From positions 60,001-92,000 of the forward strand of contig ACYB01000038.1 of the NCBI GenBank assembly GCA_000175855.1: DNA of 32,000 nucleotides, in the 5' to 3' direction. Each line of letters starts with the position of its first letter. The stretch's first letter is position 1. Of this stretch, positions 1 through 11,089 are shown in pieces. Under the pieces are notes generated by a model. The model was given only the letters and a program-made list of their open reading frames with translations. It was not told the DNA's origin and did not search any database. The stretch is from Raphidiopsis brookii D9. GTDB lineage: Bacteria > Cyanobacteriota > Cyanobacteriia > Cyanobacteriales > Nostocaceae. Made by a program: the position numbers and the translations under genes.

Positions 1-132
1 TACTTAATATATATGGGTTTTTACGTCTGGATATCAAAATATAAAGAAATTTTAGTAGAGTATCTTTACAGGTATTATAAAGATGATACTGTTGGTTGGG
101 AAATGATTATTTTTGGTAGCAAATGCATGTAA
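1..132 (+). CDS. Possible 3' end of a gene truncated by the window edge; family not recognisable
   Basis: Frame 1 is open from base 1 to TAA at 130-132 (...YKDDTVGWEMIIFGSKCM*). A 43-codon open stretch in AT-rich sequence is only mildly non-random. Confidence 0.25.
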   Translation, partial: YLIYMGFYVWISKYKEILVEYLYRYYKDDTVGWEMIIFGSKCM

Positions 133-188
133 TTTTCCCACATAAGCAACACTACTAGAAAATTTGACAATTCACTGACGCATTCAAT

Positions 189-1421
189 ATGTTAAACAAA
201 ATACGTAATCTTTTTAGTAAATTTTTCAATAATACTGGAACGCTTAATCGAGAACCCCTAAATAAGGCAAGCTTGATAGTTATTATCATAATAGACGTTT
301 TTATTCTAATCAATGTATTTACAGGATTGGACAGTATTGGTAGATGGCATCTTAGCCCTGACGACACTTATCCCTGTTATAACGAATGGAAAGGTTATCA
401 AGAGCAAACCTCAGCAACTAAAGATTATGGAATAATTACTAATTCATTAATAGAAAATAATCAGCCCAACTTTAACACCCAATATAAACAGCAAGAACAA
501 GGAAGATTGGGGAAAGTGTCAGAAATATGCCTGACCTATGGGCTATTAAAAGACAATTTAAATAGTGTTCAAAATCGGCAAGTTTTACAAACCATTAATC
601 AGACTCAAGAAAAAATCAATGGGTTGGAGCAACAAAATGCCAACATTCGTAGTCAATACGATTCCACCCTTTTGGAAAAAATAGCTCGTCAACCTGATGG
701 CAAGTCTATCAACCAAGTAAAAGCTGAGGAAGCTAGACAAAACCTAGATAGGAATACCAGGCAAATTGCCCAACTTAAAGAGGAAAATAAAAAGAGTAAA
801 AATCAGCTACTCAACCAACCAGCAAGTGTCAAGTTTCTCTCGGTTTTGCAGGATAAAACCCAATTTTATAACTTAGTTAATGGCTATAAAACAGCGTCAT
901 TTTGGTATCCCAGCATTCAAGTAACCCTGCAAGCTATATTCCTACTACCTTTAATTTTCATCGCTTCATTTATTTATGGTAAGTCACAACGCCAAGGGTA
1001 TGGATTAGTATCTCTAATTAGCTGGCATTTGCTAGTTATATTTGTGATTCCCCTAGTTATCAAAGTTTTGGAGTTTCTGCAAGTTGGTGTCGTATTTAAA
1101 TTCTTACTGGATATTATCAGTAACTTATTAGGAGGTTTACTATTCTTAGTTAGTTATGTTTATATTATAGTGATTCCCCTACTTGGTTTTGCGATTATAA
1201 AGTTGTTGCAAAGGAATGTAGTTTTTAATAGCAAAATTCAAGCTGGTAAAAGAGTACAGAACTCCCAGTGCATCAACTGTGGAAGAACCCTCAGGTCTCG
1301 TGAGGCCCATTGTCCCCATTGTGGTTATTACCAGTATGTGGAATGTCACCATTGCCATAACTTGACCTATAAGAAGTTACCCTATTGTTATCATTGTGGT
1401 ACTGAGCAAATTTCTCTATGA
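189..1421 (+). CDS. Polytopic membrane protein with a central Q/N-rich coiled-coil-like segment and a C-terminal double zinc ribbon (4x CxxC); function unknown
   Basis: 410-aa ORF. Hydrophobic helix at about residues 28-47 (ASLIVIIIIDVFILINVFTGL). Heptad-like polar segment at about residues 135-210. Four to five hydrophobic helices at about residues 240-345. CINC...CPHC...CHHC...CYHC at nt 1269-1400. The stop overlaps the next gene's ATG (ATGA at 1418-1421). Confidence 0.8.
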   Translation: MLNKIRNLFSKFFNNTGTLNREPLNKASLIVIIIIDVFILINVFTGLDSIGRWHLSPDDTYPCYNEWKGYQEQTSATKDYGIITNSLIENNQPNFNTQYKQQEQGRLGKVSEICLTYGLLKDNLNSVQNRQVLQTINQTQEKINGLEQQNANIRSQYDSTLLEKIARQPDGKSINQVKAEEARQNLDRNTRQIAQLKEENKKSKNQLLNQPASVKFLSVLQDKTQFYNLVNGYKTASFWYPSIQVTLQAIFLLPLIFIASFIYGKSQRQGYGLVSLISWHLLVIFVIPLVIKVLEFLQVGVVFKFLLDIISNLLGGLLFLVSYVYIIVIPLLGFAIIKLLQRNVVFNSKIQAGKRVQNSQCINCGRTLRSREAHCPHCGYYQYVECHHCHNLTYKKLPYCYHCGTEQISL

Positions 1422-3054
1422 CTGAATCCCTATTGAATATTCAAAATCTTTGTGTAGCTTATCCCCAAGATTATGACCAAGCTCCAATCTGGGCGGTTAA
1501 TGATGTATCCTTTAGTCTAAAACCAGGAGAAAAGATTGGTTTGGTGGGTGAGTCTGGTTGTGGTAAATCTACTATTGGTCGGGCAATTATGCGATTATTG
1601 CCTGACCATAGTCGGGTTCAAGGTCAAGTAAATTTTCGTGAGAGTTTAGTATTAGATTTAACTCCTGCTCAAATGCGACAGTTTCGAGGTGAAGCGGTAG
1701 CTTTGGTGTTTCAAGATCCCATGACCCGATTAGACCCATTAATGACTATTAGTGAACACTGTTTGGAAACCTTGGCTGCACATTCACCACAACTGACTAA
1801 AAAACAAGCTAAGGAAAGAGTTTTAGCCACCTTAGAAAAGGTAAAAATTCCTGGAAGTCGTTGGAGTCAGTACCCCCATGAGTTTAGTGGAGGAATGCGT
1901 CAAAGAGTGGCTATTGCTTTAGCTTTGTTGCTCAATCCCAAGTTAATTATTGCGGATGAACCAACAACCAGTTTAGACGTAACTGTTTCTGCCCAGATTT
2001 TACAAGAACTAACTAGACTGTGTGCAGAAGATAATATGGGCTTGTTGTTGATTTCCCATGATTTAGCAATGGTAGCAGAATACTGCGATCGCATTGGGGT
2101 GATGTACCAAGGTAAAATAGTGGAGATGGGTAAAACAGAGAGTGTATTTAAACAACCACAGCATGAATACACCCGGTCTTTATTAAGAGCAGCTCTACAT
2201 ATTCAGCAAGAACCAGTAGGTGTGGGAGAAGAAGAGAAAAAAGAAAATCCCATCCTTAAAATCACAGAATTAAAACAGTATTATACTATAGAGCCGAATT
2301 TTCTAGAGAGATTATTTCAGAGTCAACAGCAAACAATCAAAGCAGTAGATGACATTAACTTAGAATTATATCCAGGAGAGATATTAGGTCTGGTGGGAGA
2401 GTCAGGTTGTGGTAAAAGTACCCTATCCAGAACCATTTTACAATTGATTCCTCCCACGGGGGAAAAGTGGAATTTTTAGGGCAAGAATTAACCAGATTAT
2501 CCCGTGAAGAAGTTCGGGGTTTCCGCAGAGAAATTCAAATGATATTTCAAGATCCCCATGCTTGTTTAAATCCAGCCATGACCGTAGGAGAAAGCATAGC
2601 AGATCCCCTATTAATTCACAAAATAGCCCGTGGAAAACAGGCTGAAGAACAGGTTTTATGGATGTTAGAAAAAGTGGGGTTAACTCCTTGGCAAACTTAT
2701 TATGGACGCTATCCAGCAGATTTATCAGGGGGACAACAACAGCGGGTAGCCATAGCGCGAGCTTTGATTACCCGCCCTAAATTAGTGATCTGTGATGAAC
2801 CTGTGAGTATGTTGGATGCTAGTGTCCAAACCCAGGTCTTGGATTTAATGTTAGAATTAAAGGCGGAATTTGACCTAACTTACCTATTTATTACCCATGA
2901 CTTATGGTTGGCTAGGTTTTTGTGCGATCGCATTGCTGTAATGAATAGTGGTAAAATAGTGGAATTAGGAAAAACGAAGGAGATATTTTCCCATCCCCAG
3001 CATCCTTACACCCAAACTCTGCTGGGTGCTGCACCATTATTAGCTAGGGTTTAA
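1418..3054 (+). pseudogene. ABC transporter ATP-binding protein with two fused Opp/Dpp D/F-type ATPase domains, interrupted by a 1-nt frameshift at 2458-2467
   Basis: NBD1 has Walker A GESGCGKST, signature FSGGMRQR and Walker B LIIADEPT. NBD2 has Walker A GESGCGKST (nt ~2398-2424). The frame then breaks (IPPTGEKWNF*) and continues in the -1 frame from 2467: VEFLGQEL...LSGGQQQR...LVICDEP...HPQHPYTQTLL. Both halves end with the Opp/Dpp-type H-x-YT motif. Confidence 0.8.
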
Positions 3055-3072
3055 TTAAGTTACGGAGAAATC

Positions 3073-3795
3073 ATGTCTAAAAATTCACTCTCCCATATTT
3101 TTAAAAACAGCTATTCTGCGGACAAATGGCAACAGAGAATAGAACAGGTAGCTCACCGATTCAATCAAGAATATCAAAATCACCCCTTTGAACTGCCAGA
3201 GGAAATCAAACAAATGTGCATTTATCAAGAATGGAAAAGTGGGATCTTATCATCAAAAATTGCCGCTCCATTTTGGGAAATTGCCCAACCTCAAAAAAAT
3301 CAACATTGCTTAGATATTGGTTGCGGAGTTAGTTTTTTAATATATCCTTGGCGAGATTGGCAAGCATATTTCCACGGACAGGAAATTAGCAATATAGCCA
3401 GGGAGGCTTTAAATTCTCGGGGTTCCCAATTAAATTCTAAGCTGTTTAAGGGTGTGAAGTTAGGAGCAGCTCATTGTTTAGAATATGATGCAGCACAGTT
3501 TGATTTGGTGATTGCCACAGGATTTAGTTATTACTTTCCTTTAGAATATTGGCAATTGGTACTAGAGGAGGTAAAACGGGTGTTAAAACCCGGTGGAAAT
3601 TTTGTCTTTGACACTATTAATTCAGCTCAACCGGTAGCAGAAGACTGGGCAGTTTTGGAAACCTATTTAGGCACGGAGGTGTTTTTAGAAACTGCCAGCA
3701 ACTGGAAAAAAACTATTAAATCCCAAGGGGGTAAAATAGTGAAGGAGCAACTGGGTTTAGGGGAAATAATAGCCTTATACAAGGTGAGATTTTGA
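3073..3795 (+). CDS. Class I SAM-dependent methyltransferase
   Basis: 240-aa ORF 18 nt downstream of the ABC gene. Motif I-like LDIGCGVSF and a downstream LKPGGNFVFD. The substrate cannot be inferred. Confidence 0.8.
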   Translation: MSKNSLSHIFKNSYSADKWQQRIEQVAHRFNQEYQNHPFELPEEIKQMCIYQEWKSGILSSKIAAPFWEIAQPQKNQHCLDIGCGVSFLIYPWRDWQAYFHGQEISNIAREALNSRGSQLNSKLFKGVKLGAAHCLEYDAAQFDLVIATGFSYYFPLEYWQLVLEEVKRVLKPGGNFVFDTINSAQPVAEDWAVLETYLGTEVFLETASNWKKTIKSQGGKIVKEQLGLGEIIALYKVRF

Positions 3796-4047
3796 ACCTA
3801 AACCTGAATCTACTCCTAGCCACCTGCAGTGAGTCCGTGGATTGGTACTATCAACTATTAGACTCGCTTCCACAAAATATGGGTTAAAATAATTCCTGGG
3901 ATAGATGGGTTAACTGGGTACTTAACATTCAATTATTTTGAATTATAAAGACATGGTTGAACCGGGATTTTTAACCGGATTTGAACACATGCTAAGTTGA
4001 TATTGCTAATCAGTACTGTTGACCGATTTATCAAAGGAGATTTTTAG

Positions 4048-5229
4048 GTGGAAGATATAAGTACAAAATCAGTATTAAATTCCGCTTCTATCCTCACCGT
4101 CGGAAGTGGTTGGTTCCCTACCACACCAGGGGGAATGGAAAGGTATATTTATGAACTAATTCATAAATTGGGTATTAACCAAGACCAGATTGAATTATGT
4201 GGAGTTGGTCTACCTGAACAAGAGGATATATCTATTGCCAATATTAGGTTACATAATCTCGCATCCCCCCATAGTAAAATTTGGCAAAGACTATGGTCTA
4301 TTCGCAGTAACTTTCGGCAAATTAACCTCAATCACTTTGATGCAGTTAACTTACACTTTGCATTGTATAGCTTTCCTATTTTAGATCTTTTACCCAAAAG
4401 CTTGCCAATCACATTTAATTTCCATGGTCCATGGGCCGCTGAAAGTCAAGAGGAGCTATTAAATAAACAACTGACTATTTGGATCAAACAACACTTGGTC
4501 GAAAAAAATACCTATAACCAATGCGATCGCTTTATAGTTTTAAGTCGAGCTTTTGGCAACATTCTACATCAACAGTATGAGGTTCCCTGGGAAAAAATAC
4601 ATATTATTCCTGGGGGAGTAGATGTGAAACATTTTAAAAAAAATTTATCCCGTTTAGCAGCGAGGGAACAACTGGGTTGGCCAACTGAAAGACCGATATT
4701 ATTTACCTCTCGTCGTCTGGTACATCGTATGGGAATTGACAAACTCTTGACAGCAATAGCAAAAATTAAACCTGTAGTTCCAGATATTTGGTTAGCTATT
4801 GCTGGAAGAGGACATATACAAAATTCTCTGGAAAAACAAGCGCTGGAATTAGGATTGGAAAATCAAGTCAGATTTTTAGGATTTTTACCAGATCAACAGT
4901 TACCTATAGCCTACCAAGCAGCTGATTTGACTGTGATGCCAAGTCAATCTTTTGAAGGTTTTGGACTGGCAATTCTGGAGTCTTTGGCTTGTGGGACTCC
5001 TGTTTTATGTACTCCTGTGGGGGGAATGCCAGAAATTTTACAACCCTTTACACCTGAGTTAATTACTGATTCCATCGCGGTTGATAGTCTTGCCAATAAA
5101 TTGCAGGAAGTAATGTTGGCAAAGATTGTTTTACCCACTAGGGAAGAATGTAGAAATTATGCTGCTGAAAACTATGATTGGACTAATATTGCCCAAAGAG
5201 TGAGACAGGTAATTGTATTCCATAAATAA
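4048..5229 (+). CDS. Glycosyltransferase family 4 (GT-B fold)
   Basis: 393-aa ORF with a GTG start, preceded by GGAG 8 nt upstream. C-terminal EGFGLAILESLACGTPV (E-x7-E type GT4 motif). Confidence 0.85.
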   Translation: MEDISTKSVLNSASILTVGSGWFPTTPGGMERYIYELIHKLGINQDQIELCGVGLPEQEDISIANIRLHNLASPHSKIWQRLWSIRSNFRQINLNHFDAVNLHFALYSFPILDLLPKSLPITFNFHGPWAAESQEELLNKQLTIWIKQHLVEKNTYNQCDRFIVLSRAFGNILHQQYEVPWEKIHIIPGGVDVKHFKKNLSRLAAREQLGWPTERPILFTSRRLVHRMGIDKLLTAIAKIKPVVPDIWLAIAGRGHIQNSLEKQALELGLENQVRFLGFLPDQQLPIAYQAADLTVMPSQSFEGFGLAILESLACGTPVLCTPVGGMPEILQPFTPELITDSIAVDSLANKLQEVMLAKIVLPTREECRNYAAENYDWTNIAQRVRQVIVFHK

Positions 5230-5236
5230 GATAATT

Positions 5237-6379
5237 ATGAAGATTCTATTTTTAGACCAAAGTGGTAACCCAGGTGGTGCGGAGTTATGTCTATTAGATA
5301 TTGCTAAACCTTTTAGTGGTAGTTGTTTAGTTGGTTTATTTGCTGATGGTGATTTTAGAAAGCTATTAGAAAGCTATCAAGTTCCTGTGGAGGTTTTAAC
5401 AACTCAAAGTATTTCTATTAGAAAGAAAAGCAGTTTTATTTCTAGCTTGATTGGTATACAACACATTATTCCTCTTATTAATGCAGTTATTTCCCATGCT
5501 AAAAACTATGACTTAATCTATGCTAACACCCAAAAGGCTTTAGTTGTGGGAGCAATTGCCAGTTTTTTGACTCGTGTCCCCTTGGTCTACCACCTACATG
5601 ATATTTTGTCTTTAGAACATTTCAGTCACATTAACTTACAAATCGCTATTAATTTTGCCAATAGGTTTGCATCTTTAGTCATTGCTAACTCTCAAGCTAG
5701 TAAGGATGCATTTATTCAAGCAGGAGGAATCTCTAAACTGGTAGAAGTTGCATATAATGGTTTTGATATGAAAAACTATCAAGTATCAGAATATCAAATC
5801 CAGCAAATACGAAACACTTTAGCAGTAGAGAATAAATTTGTTATTGGACATTTCAGTAGGTTATCTCCATGGAAGGGACAGCACATTCTTATAGAAGCAT
5901 TAGCCCATGTTCCAGACAATATCACAGCTATTCTGGTGGGAGATGCTTTATTTGGGGAGCATGAGTATGTTCGGGAATTACACCAAAAAGTTCATCACCT
6001 ACAATTGGAACACCGAGTTAAATTTTTAGGTTTTCGTCAGAATATACCACAATTAATGTCAGCTTGCGATTTAGTCACTCATACATCCATTGCACCTGAA
6101 CCTTTTGGAAGAGTTATTGTGGAAGCTATGCTCTGTGGTAGAATAGTTATCGCAGCTAAATCTGGAGGAGCTGTGGAATTAATAGAAAATGGCACAAATG
6201 GTTTTTTAGTTACCCCTAATCAACCCCAGGAGTTGGCAAATATAATTAAATATTGTTTTGACCAACAACAACAGATCCAAAATATTGCTATTTATGCACG
6301 ACAGCTTGGCCAACAAAAATTCGATCTGAATGTTATTAATCAAAAAATTCAGCAGTTGATTCTTACAAGGTTGACCTAA
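5237..6379 (+). CDS. Glycosyltransferase family 4 (GT-B fold)
   Basis: The ORF opens at 5213, but MKILFLDQSGNPGGAE is a typical GT4 N-terminus, so I prefer the ATG at 5237 (8 nt after the previous stop). EPFGRVIVEAMLCGRIVIA motif. Confidence 0.85.
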   Translation: MKILFLDQSGNPGGAELCLLDIAKPFSGSCLVGLFADGDFRKLLESYQVPVEVLTTQSISIRKKSSFISSLIGIQHIIPLINAVISHAKNYDLIYANTQKALVVGAIASFLTRVPLVYHLHDILSLEHFSHINLQIAINFANRFASLVIANSQASKDAFIQAGGISKLVEVAYNGFDMKNYQVSEYQIQQIRNTLAVENKFVIGHFSRLSPWKGQHILIEALAHVPDNITAILVGDALFGEHEYVRELHQKVHHLQLEHRVKFLGFRQNIPQLMSACDLVTHTSIAPEPFGRVIVEAMLCGRIVIAAKSGGAVELIENGTNGFLVTPNQPQELANIIKYCFDQQQQIQNIAIYARQLGQQKFDLNVINQKIQQLILTRLT

Positions 6380-6465
6380 TTTAACCAAAAGTTTGCCAGT
6401 TGGGGAAAATCTTGTTAAAGTACGTAAAGGTTTCTTAACCCCTTTAGGATTTTTATAGAGGATAA

Positions 6466-7749
<1,284 letters not shown>

Positions 7750-7874
7750 TAAATAAATACTTAGTCAGGTAAGCGTTCTGGATCGCCTCCGTCGCTCTAT
7801 GGCTATAAGTTGACCAGGGATGGATCATCTATCCCTGAAATGCTTCCGGGTTAAAATTTTACCTTTAGTAACCT

Positions 7875-8477
7875 ATGCCTTGCCAACTTTGGCCCTATAT
7901 TAGCCCTGGTATACCTGATGACCTATTTGAAAATTTACCAGGTATACCTTTTAGTCAAAGAGAATTGCGATTGTTGTTGATTTCCCAACTGCGTCTTAAA
8001 CCCGATTCTGTGCTGTGGGATGTGGGAGCTGGTACGGGGACAATTGCCATAGAAGTAGGTTTATTATGTCCCCAGGGACAGGTGATAGCTGTGGAAAGAG
8101 ATGAGGAAGTCGCCAATTTAATCAAGCGTAATTGCGATCGCTTTCAAGTAAAAAATATTATAGTGGTAGAGGGGACTGCTCCAGATTGCCTAAATAGTAT
8201 ACAAACGATTCCTGATCGTGTTTGTATAGAAGGGGGGAGAGCTATCAGAGAAATTTTACAAGCCATCTGGAATTATTTACCTTTATCTGGTCGTGTGGTT
8301 GCTACAGCTGCTAATCTAGAGAGTCTATATGCTATATCTCAAACCCTATCAGAGTTGACAGCTAGAAATATAGAAGTTATGCAGTCCGCTGTGAACCGAT
8401 TGGAAACCAGAGGTTTTTCTCAAACCCTTGTCTCTACGGATCCCATTTTTATCCTCAGTGGTGAAAAACTTGATTGA
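7875..8477 (+). CDS. cbiT: Precorrin-6Y C5,15-methyltransferase (decarboxylating) subunit CbiT
   Basis: 200 aa. PGIPDDLF N-terminus and the SAM-binding VLWDVGAGTGTIAIE motif typical of CbiT. Confidence 0.85.
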   Translation: MPCQLWPYISPGIPDDLFENLPGIPFSQRELRLLLISQLRLKPDSVLWDVGAGTGTIAIEVGLLCPQGQVIAVERDEEVANLIKRNCDRFQVKNIIVVEGTAPDCLNSIQTIPDRVCIEGGRAIREILQAIWNYLPLSGRVVATAANLESLYAISQTLSELTARNIEVMQSAVNRLETRGFSQTLVSTDPIFILSGEKLD

Positions 8478-8513
8478 ATCGAAAGTCGAAAATCTCAAAT
8501 ATTATTATTTGCC

Positions 8514-9404
8514 ATGCCTTGGTCTAGAATTATTAGTGGAATTATTGCTATTGTTCTTGCTGTATCTTGCACGTTGTTGGGAGGTTGGTACTTCACGATA
8601 GCTATCGGTATAATTGTGTTTTTTGGTCAACTGGAATATTTCAATTTAGTTCGTTCCAGAGGAATGAGACCCGCTACTAAGACTACCATCTCTGTCAGCC
8701 TAATTTTATTAGGCATTTGCAATTTCCAACCTAGTTTAGCGGATGCAATTATGCCCATAGCAGGAACTTTTATTTGTTTTTACCTACTTTTTCAACCGCA
8801 GCTTGCCACCATTGCTGATATTTCTGCTTCTATTATGGGTTTGTTTTATGTTGGTTATCTACCCAGCTATTGGGTGAGACTACGAAATATTCAGGATATA
8901 AATACTACCGAATATACGAACTTGGTTAATTACTTATATGAACACTTATCTAATACCCAACTTGTACAAATTAAACCAGATGATTTACCTCCGGGTTTCA
9001 CCTTTACCATATTGACTTTTTTGTGTATTTGGGCTGCTGATATTGGTGCTTATATATTTGGTAAATATTTTGGCAGAACTCCTCTTTCCAGTATCAGTCC
9101 CAAAAAAACTGTGGAGGGAGCGATTTTTGGTATGGTGGGTAGTCTGATCTTAGCTTTGTGGGGGTCATATTTTCTCAATTTGCCTTATTTCTTCCTGACC
9201 GGTTTGACATTAGGTTTATTAATTGGCATTGCGAGTTTGTTAGGAGATTTGACCGAATCTTTGCTTAAAAGAGATGCAGGAGTGAAAGATTCTGGACAGT
9301 TGATTCCTGGACATGGTGGAATCTTAGACCGCACTGACAGTTATATTTTTACCGCTCCTTTGGTTTACTATTTTATCACCCTAATATTACCACTAATTGA
9401 TTAA
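8514..9404 (+). CDS. cdsA: Phosphatidate cytidylyltransferase (CDP-diglyceride synthase)
   Basis: 296 aa, polytopic. C-terminal CdsA signature [28 protein letters not shown]. Confidence 0.92.
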   Translation: MPWSRIISGIIAIVLAVSCTLLGGWYFTIAIGIIVFFGQLEYFNLVRSRGMRPATKTTISVSLILLGICNFQPSLADAIMPIAGTFICFYLLFQPQLATIADISASIMGLFYVGYLPSYWVRLRNIQDINTTEYTNLVNYLYEHLSNTQLVQIKPDDLPPGFTFTILTFLCIWAADIGAYIFGKYFGRTPLSSISPKKTVEGAIFGMVGSLILALWGSYFLNLPYFFLTGLTLGLLIGIASLLGDLTESLLKRDAGVKDSGQLIPGHGGILDRTDSYIFTAPLVYYFITLILPLID

Positions 9405-9427
9405 GACGATTTTAGATTCTAAATGCT

Positions 9428-10150
9428 TTATGGATTGACATTAATCTTTCCTCGACAGGAAATCTGGCCCGATTCCAGAATTAACTCCTCTAAATCTACA
9501 TCCGAACCCAGATGTAAACATTCTTCAATATAACCAATCTCACCTTTTTCACTTTGCCATGAACTATACATCCCTTTATACAGTGTTAATTTTATTTCTT
9601 GCCCACTCACCAGTTGTAATTTGGCGTGAACCTCTAAAGATTCAGACTGTCCAGCACTTTGAGTCACTCCTTGGAGTACAAAACCTTGGTCATGAAGTGC
9701 AATTTCATTCCAGAAAATAGACTGGTATTTTTTGCCAAGTTCTGGTATTGTTTTAAGTACCGTCTCGTTGATGGCATGGGAAAGTAGTGGAGAAGAGAGG
9801 GAACTATTTAGTTCCAGCTCGTTGATCAGCAGTTCGCCAAACACGGGGACTACTGACAACAATCGTAATGGTTGGCCTCGGAGCACAGAACCAAAGTTAA
9901 TATGTATGTCCTGAGCTGTAAGTTGAACACGGGTAATATGAATACCCTGGTAAACTGCCTTAGTGGCCAAAATAGAGACCTTGGGGATACGTCCGGAAAG
10001 CAACTGCTGATCGTCTGTGTCAACACCAATCTCTAGCTCGTAAACCTGACTTAATTGAGACTTTAACCAAAGCTTAATTGCTGCATTAAGAATCCTAGTT
10101 ACTATTCGGGTTTTGCTGCTTTTTTCTTCATCCGAAGTTCGTTCTGTCAT
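9428..10150 (-). CDS. Conserved hypothetical protein, DUF2993/LmeA-like (assignment from memory)
   Basis: 240-aa ORF, convergent with cdsA (23-nt gap). Its size and the LLSGRIPKVSILA...VYQGIHITRVQL pattern resemble cyanobacterial DUF2993 proteins. Not verified by search. Confidence 0.6.
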   Translation of the reverse strand: MTERTSDEEKSSKTRIVTRILNAAIKLWLKSQLSQVYELEIGVDTDDQQLLSGRIPKVSILATKAVYQGIHITRVQLTAQDIHINFGSVLRGQPLRLLSVVPVFGELLINELELNSSLSSPLLSHAINETVLKTIPELGKKYQSIFWNEIALHDQGFVLQGVTQSAGQSESLEVHAKLQLVSGQEIKLTLYKGMYSSWQSEKGEIGYIEECLHLGSDVDLEELILESGQISCRGKINVNP

Positions 10151-10281
10151 TTAACTCGACAACCGTTCATTGTGTATGCTTGTCAATTTTATCAATTAGG
10201 AGGGACACTGAAAAATTTGAGCCATGAATCTTAACCGTTATTACCGTTACTTATGACCGTAATGAGGAAATCAATTGTTCC

Positions 10282-11040
10282 ATGGAAGCAAGGGTACAAA
10301 AAATTATATCTCAATGGGGTATAGCCTCCCGTCGTCAAGCTGAAGAAATGATTGGGCAATCACGAGTACGGGTCAATGGGAATTTGGCGCGTTTAGGTCA
10401 GAAAGTCGATCCTAAAGTGGATATGATCTCCATCGATGGTAAACCTGTCACACAAGGTAGTCCTCCAGCTTTAGTGTACTTGTTATTAAACAAGCCCGCA
10501 GGGGTGGTCTCCACGTGTAATGATCCACAAGGTAGAACAACAGTTTTAGATCTGTTACCGACAAAATTACGCCAGGGTACTGGCATTTGTCCTGTCGGAA
10601 GGTTAGACGCCGATTCTACCGGGGCATTAATCTTAACCAATGATGGAGATGTAACATTTGCTCTTACTCATCCTAGTCATGATGTTCCCAAGACTTATCA
10701 TGTTGTAGTGGAGGGACATCCGCCAACAAATGTTCTGAGGATGTGGAGTCAGGGAGTAATGTTGGACGGGAGGAAAACACGAACTGCCCAAGTTAAATTA
10801 ATCGAACAGGGGTTCACCCAAAGTAAACTGGAGATTATTTTACAGGAGGGAAGAAACCGTCAAATTCGTCGTGTGGCTCAACAATTGGGATATCCAGTTG
10901 TGCACCTTGATCGGAGAGCTATAGGGACGATTGAACTACACAATTCAGATGGTAAATTTACTGATGTTGGTAAGTATCGTCATCTTATAACCAGCGAGAT
11001 TATTTTATTACAGCATCTGGTCCACCAGACACGAAATTGA
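10282..11040 (+). CDS. Pseudouridine synthase, RsuA/RluB family, with an N-terminal S4 domain
   Basis: 252 aa. S4-like N-terminus (RVQKIISQWGIASRRQAEEMI), catalytic GRLDADSTGALILTNDG, and EGRNRQIRR. Confidence 0.9.
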   Translation: MEARVQKIISQWGIASRRQAEEMIGQSRVRVNGNLARLGQKVDPKVDMISIDGKPVTQGSPPALVYLLLNKPAGVVSTCNDPQGRTTVLDLLPTKLRQGTGICPVGRLDADSTGALILTNDGDVTFALTHPSHDVPKTYHVVVEGHPPTNVLRMWSQGVMLDGRKTRTAQVKLIEQGFTQSKLEIILQEGRNRQIRRVAQQLGYPVVHLDRRAIGTIELHNSDGKFTDVGKYRHLITSEIILLQHLVHQTRN

Positions 11041-11089
11041 GTTAACTTGTAATTGGAATCAGGTAGGGAGCAATTAAGGAACGGGGAGT

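Noticed and set aside
2456-2470. Programmed -1 ribosomal frameshift at GAA AAG G that would fuse the two ABC ORFs (product ...PTGEKVEFLG...)
   Set aside because: The site is not a canonical X XXY YYZ heptamer: only the A-site Lys codon can re-pair, and GAA would slip to GGA. I saw no obvious downstream stimulatory hairpin or pseudoknot. The product would also replace the conserved Gly of the P-T-x-G segment. A 1-nt deletion or a homopolymer sequencing error in the G run is the simpler explanation.
3960-4000. tRNA-like string (GGTTGAACCGGG...CCGGATTTGAAC) in the 3796-4047 spacer
   Set aside because: No cloverleaf can be built: there is no complementary acceptor or T-stem pairing around the TTGAAC elements.
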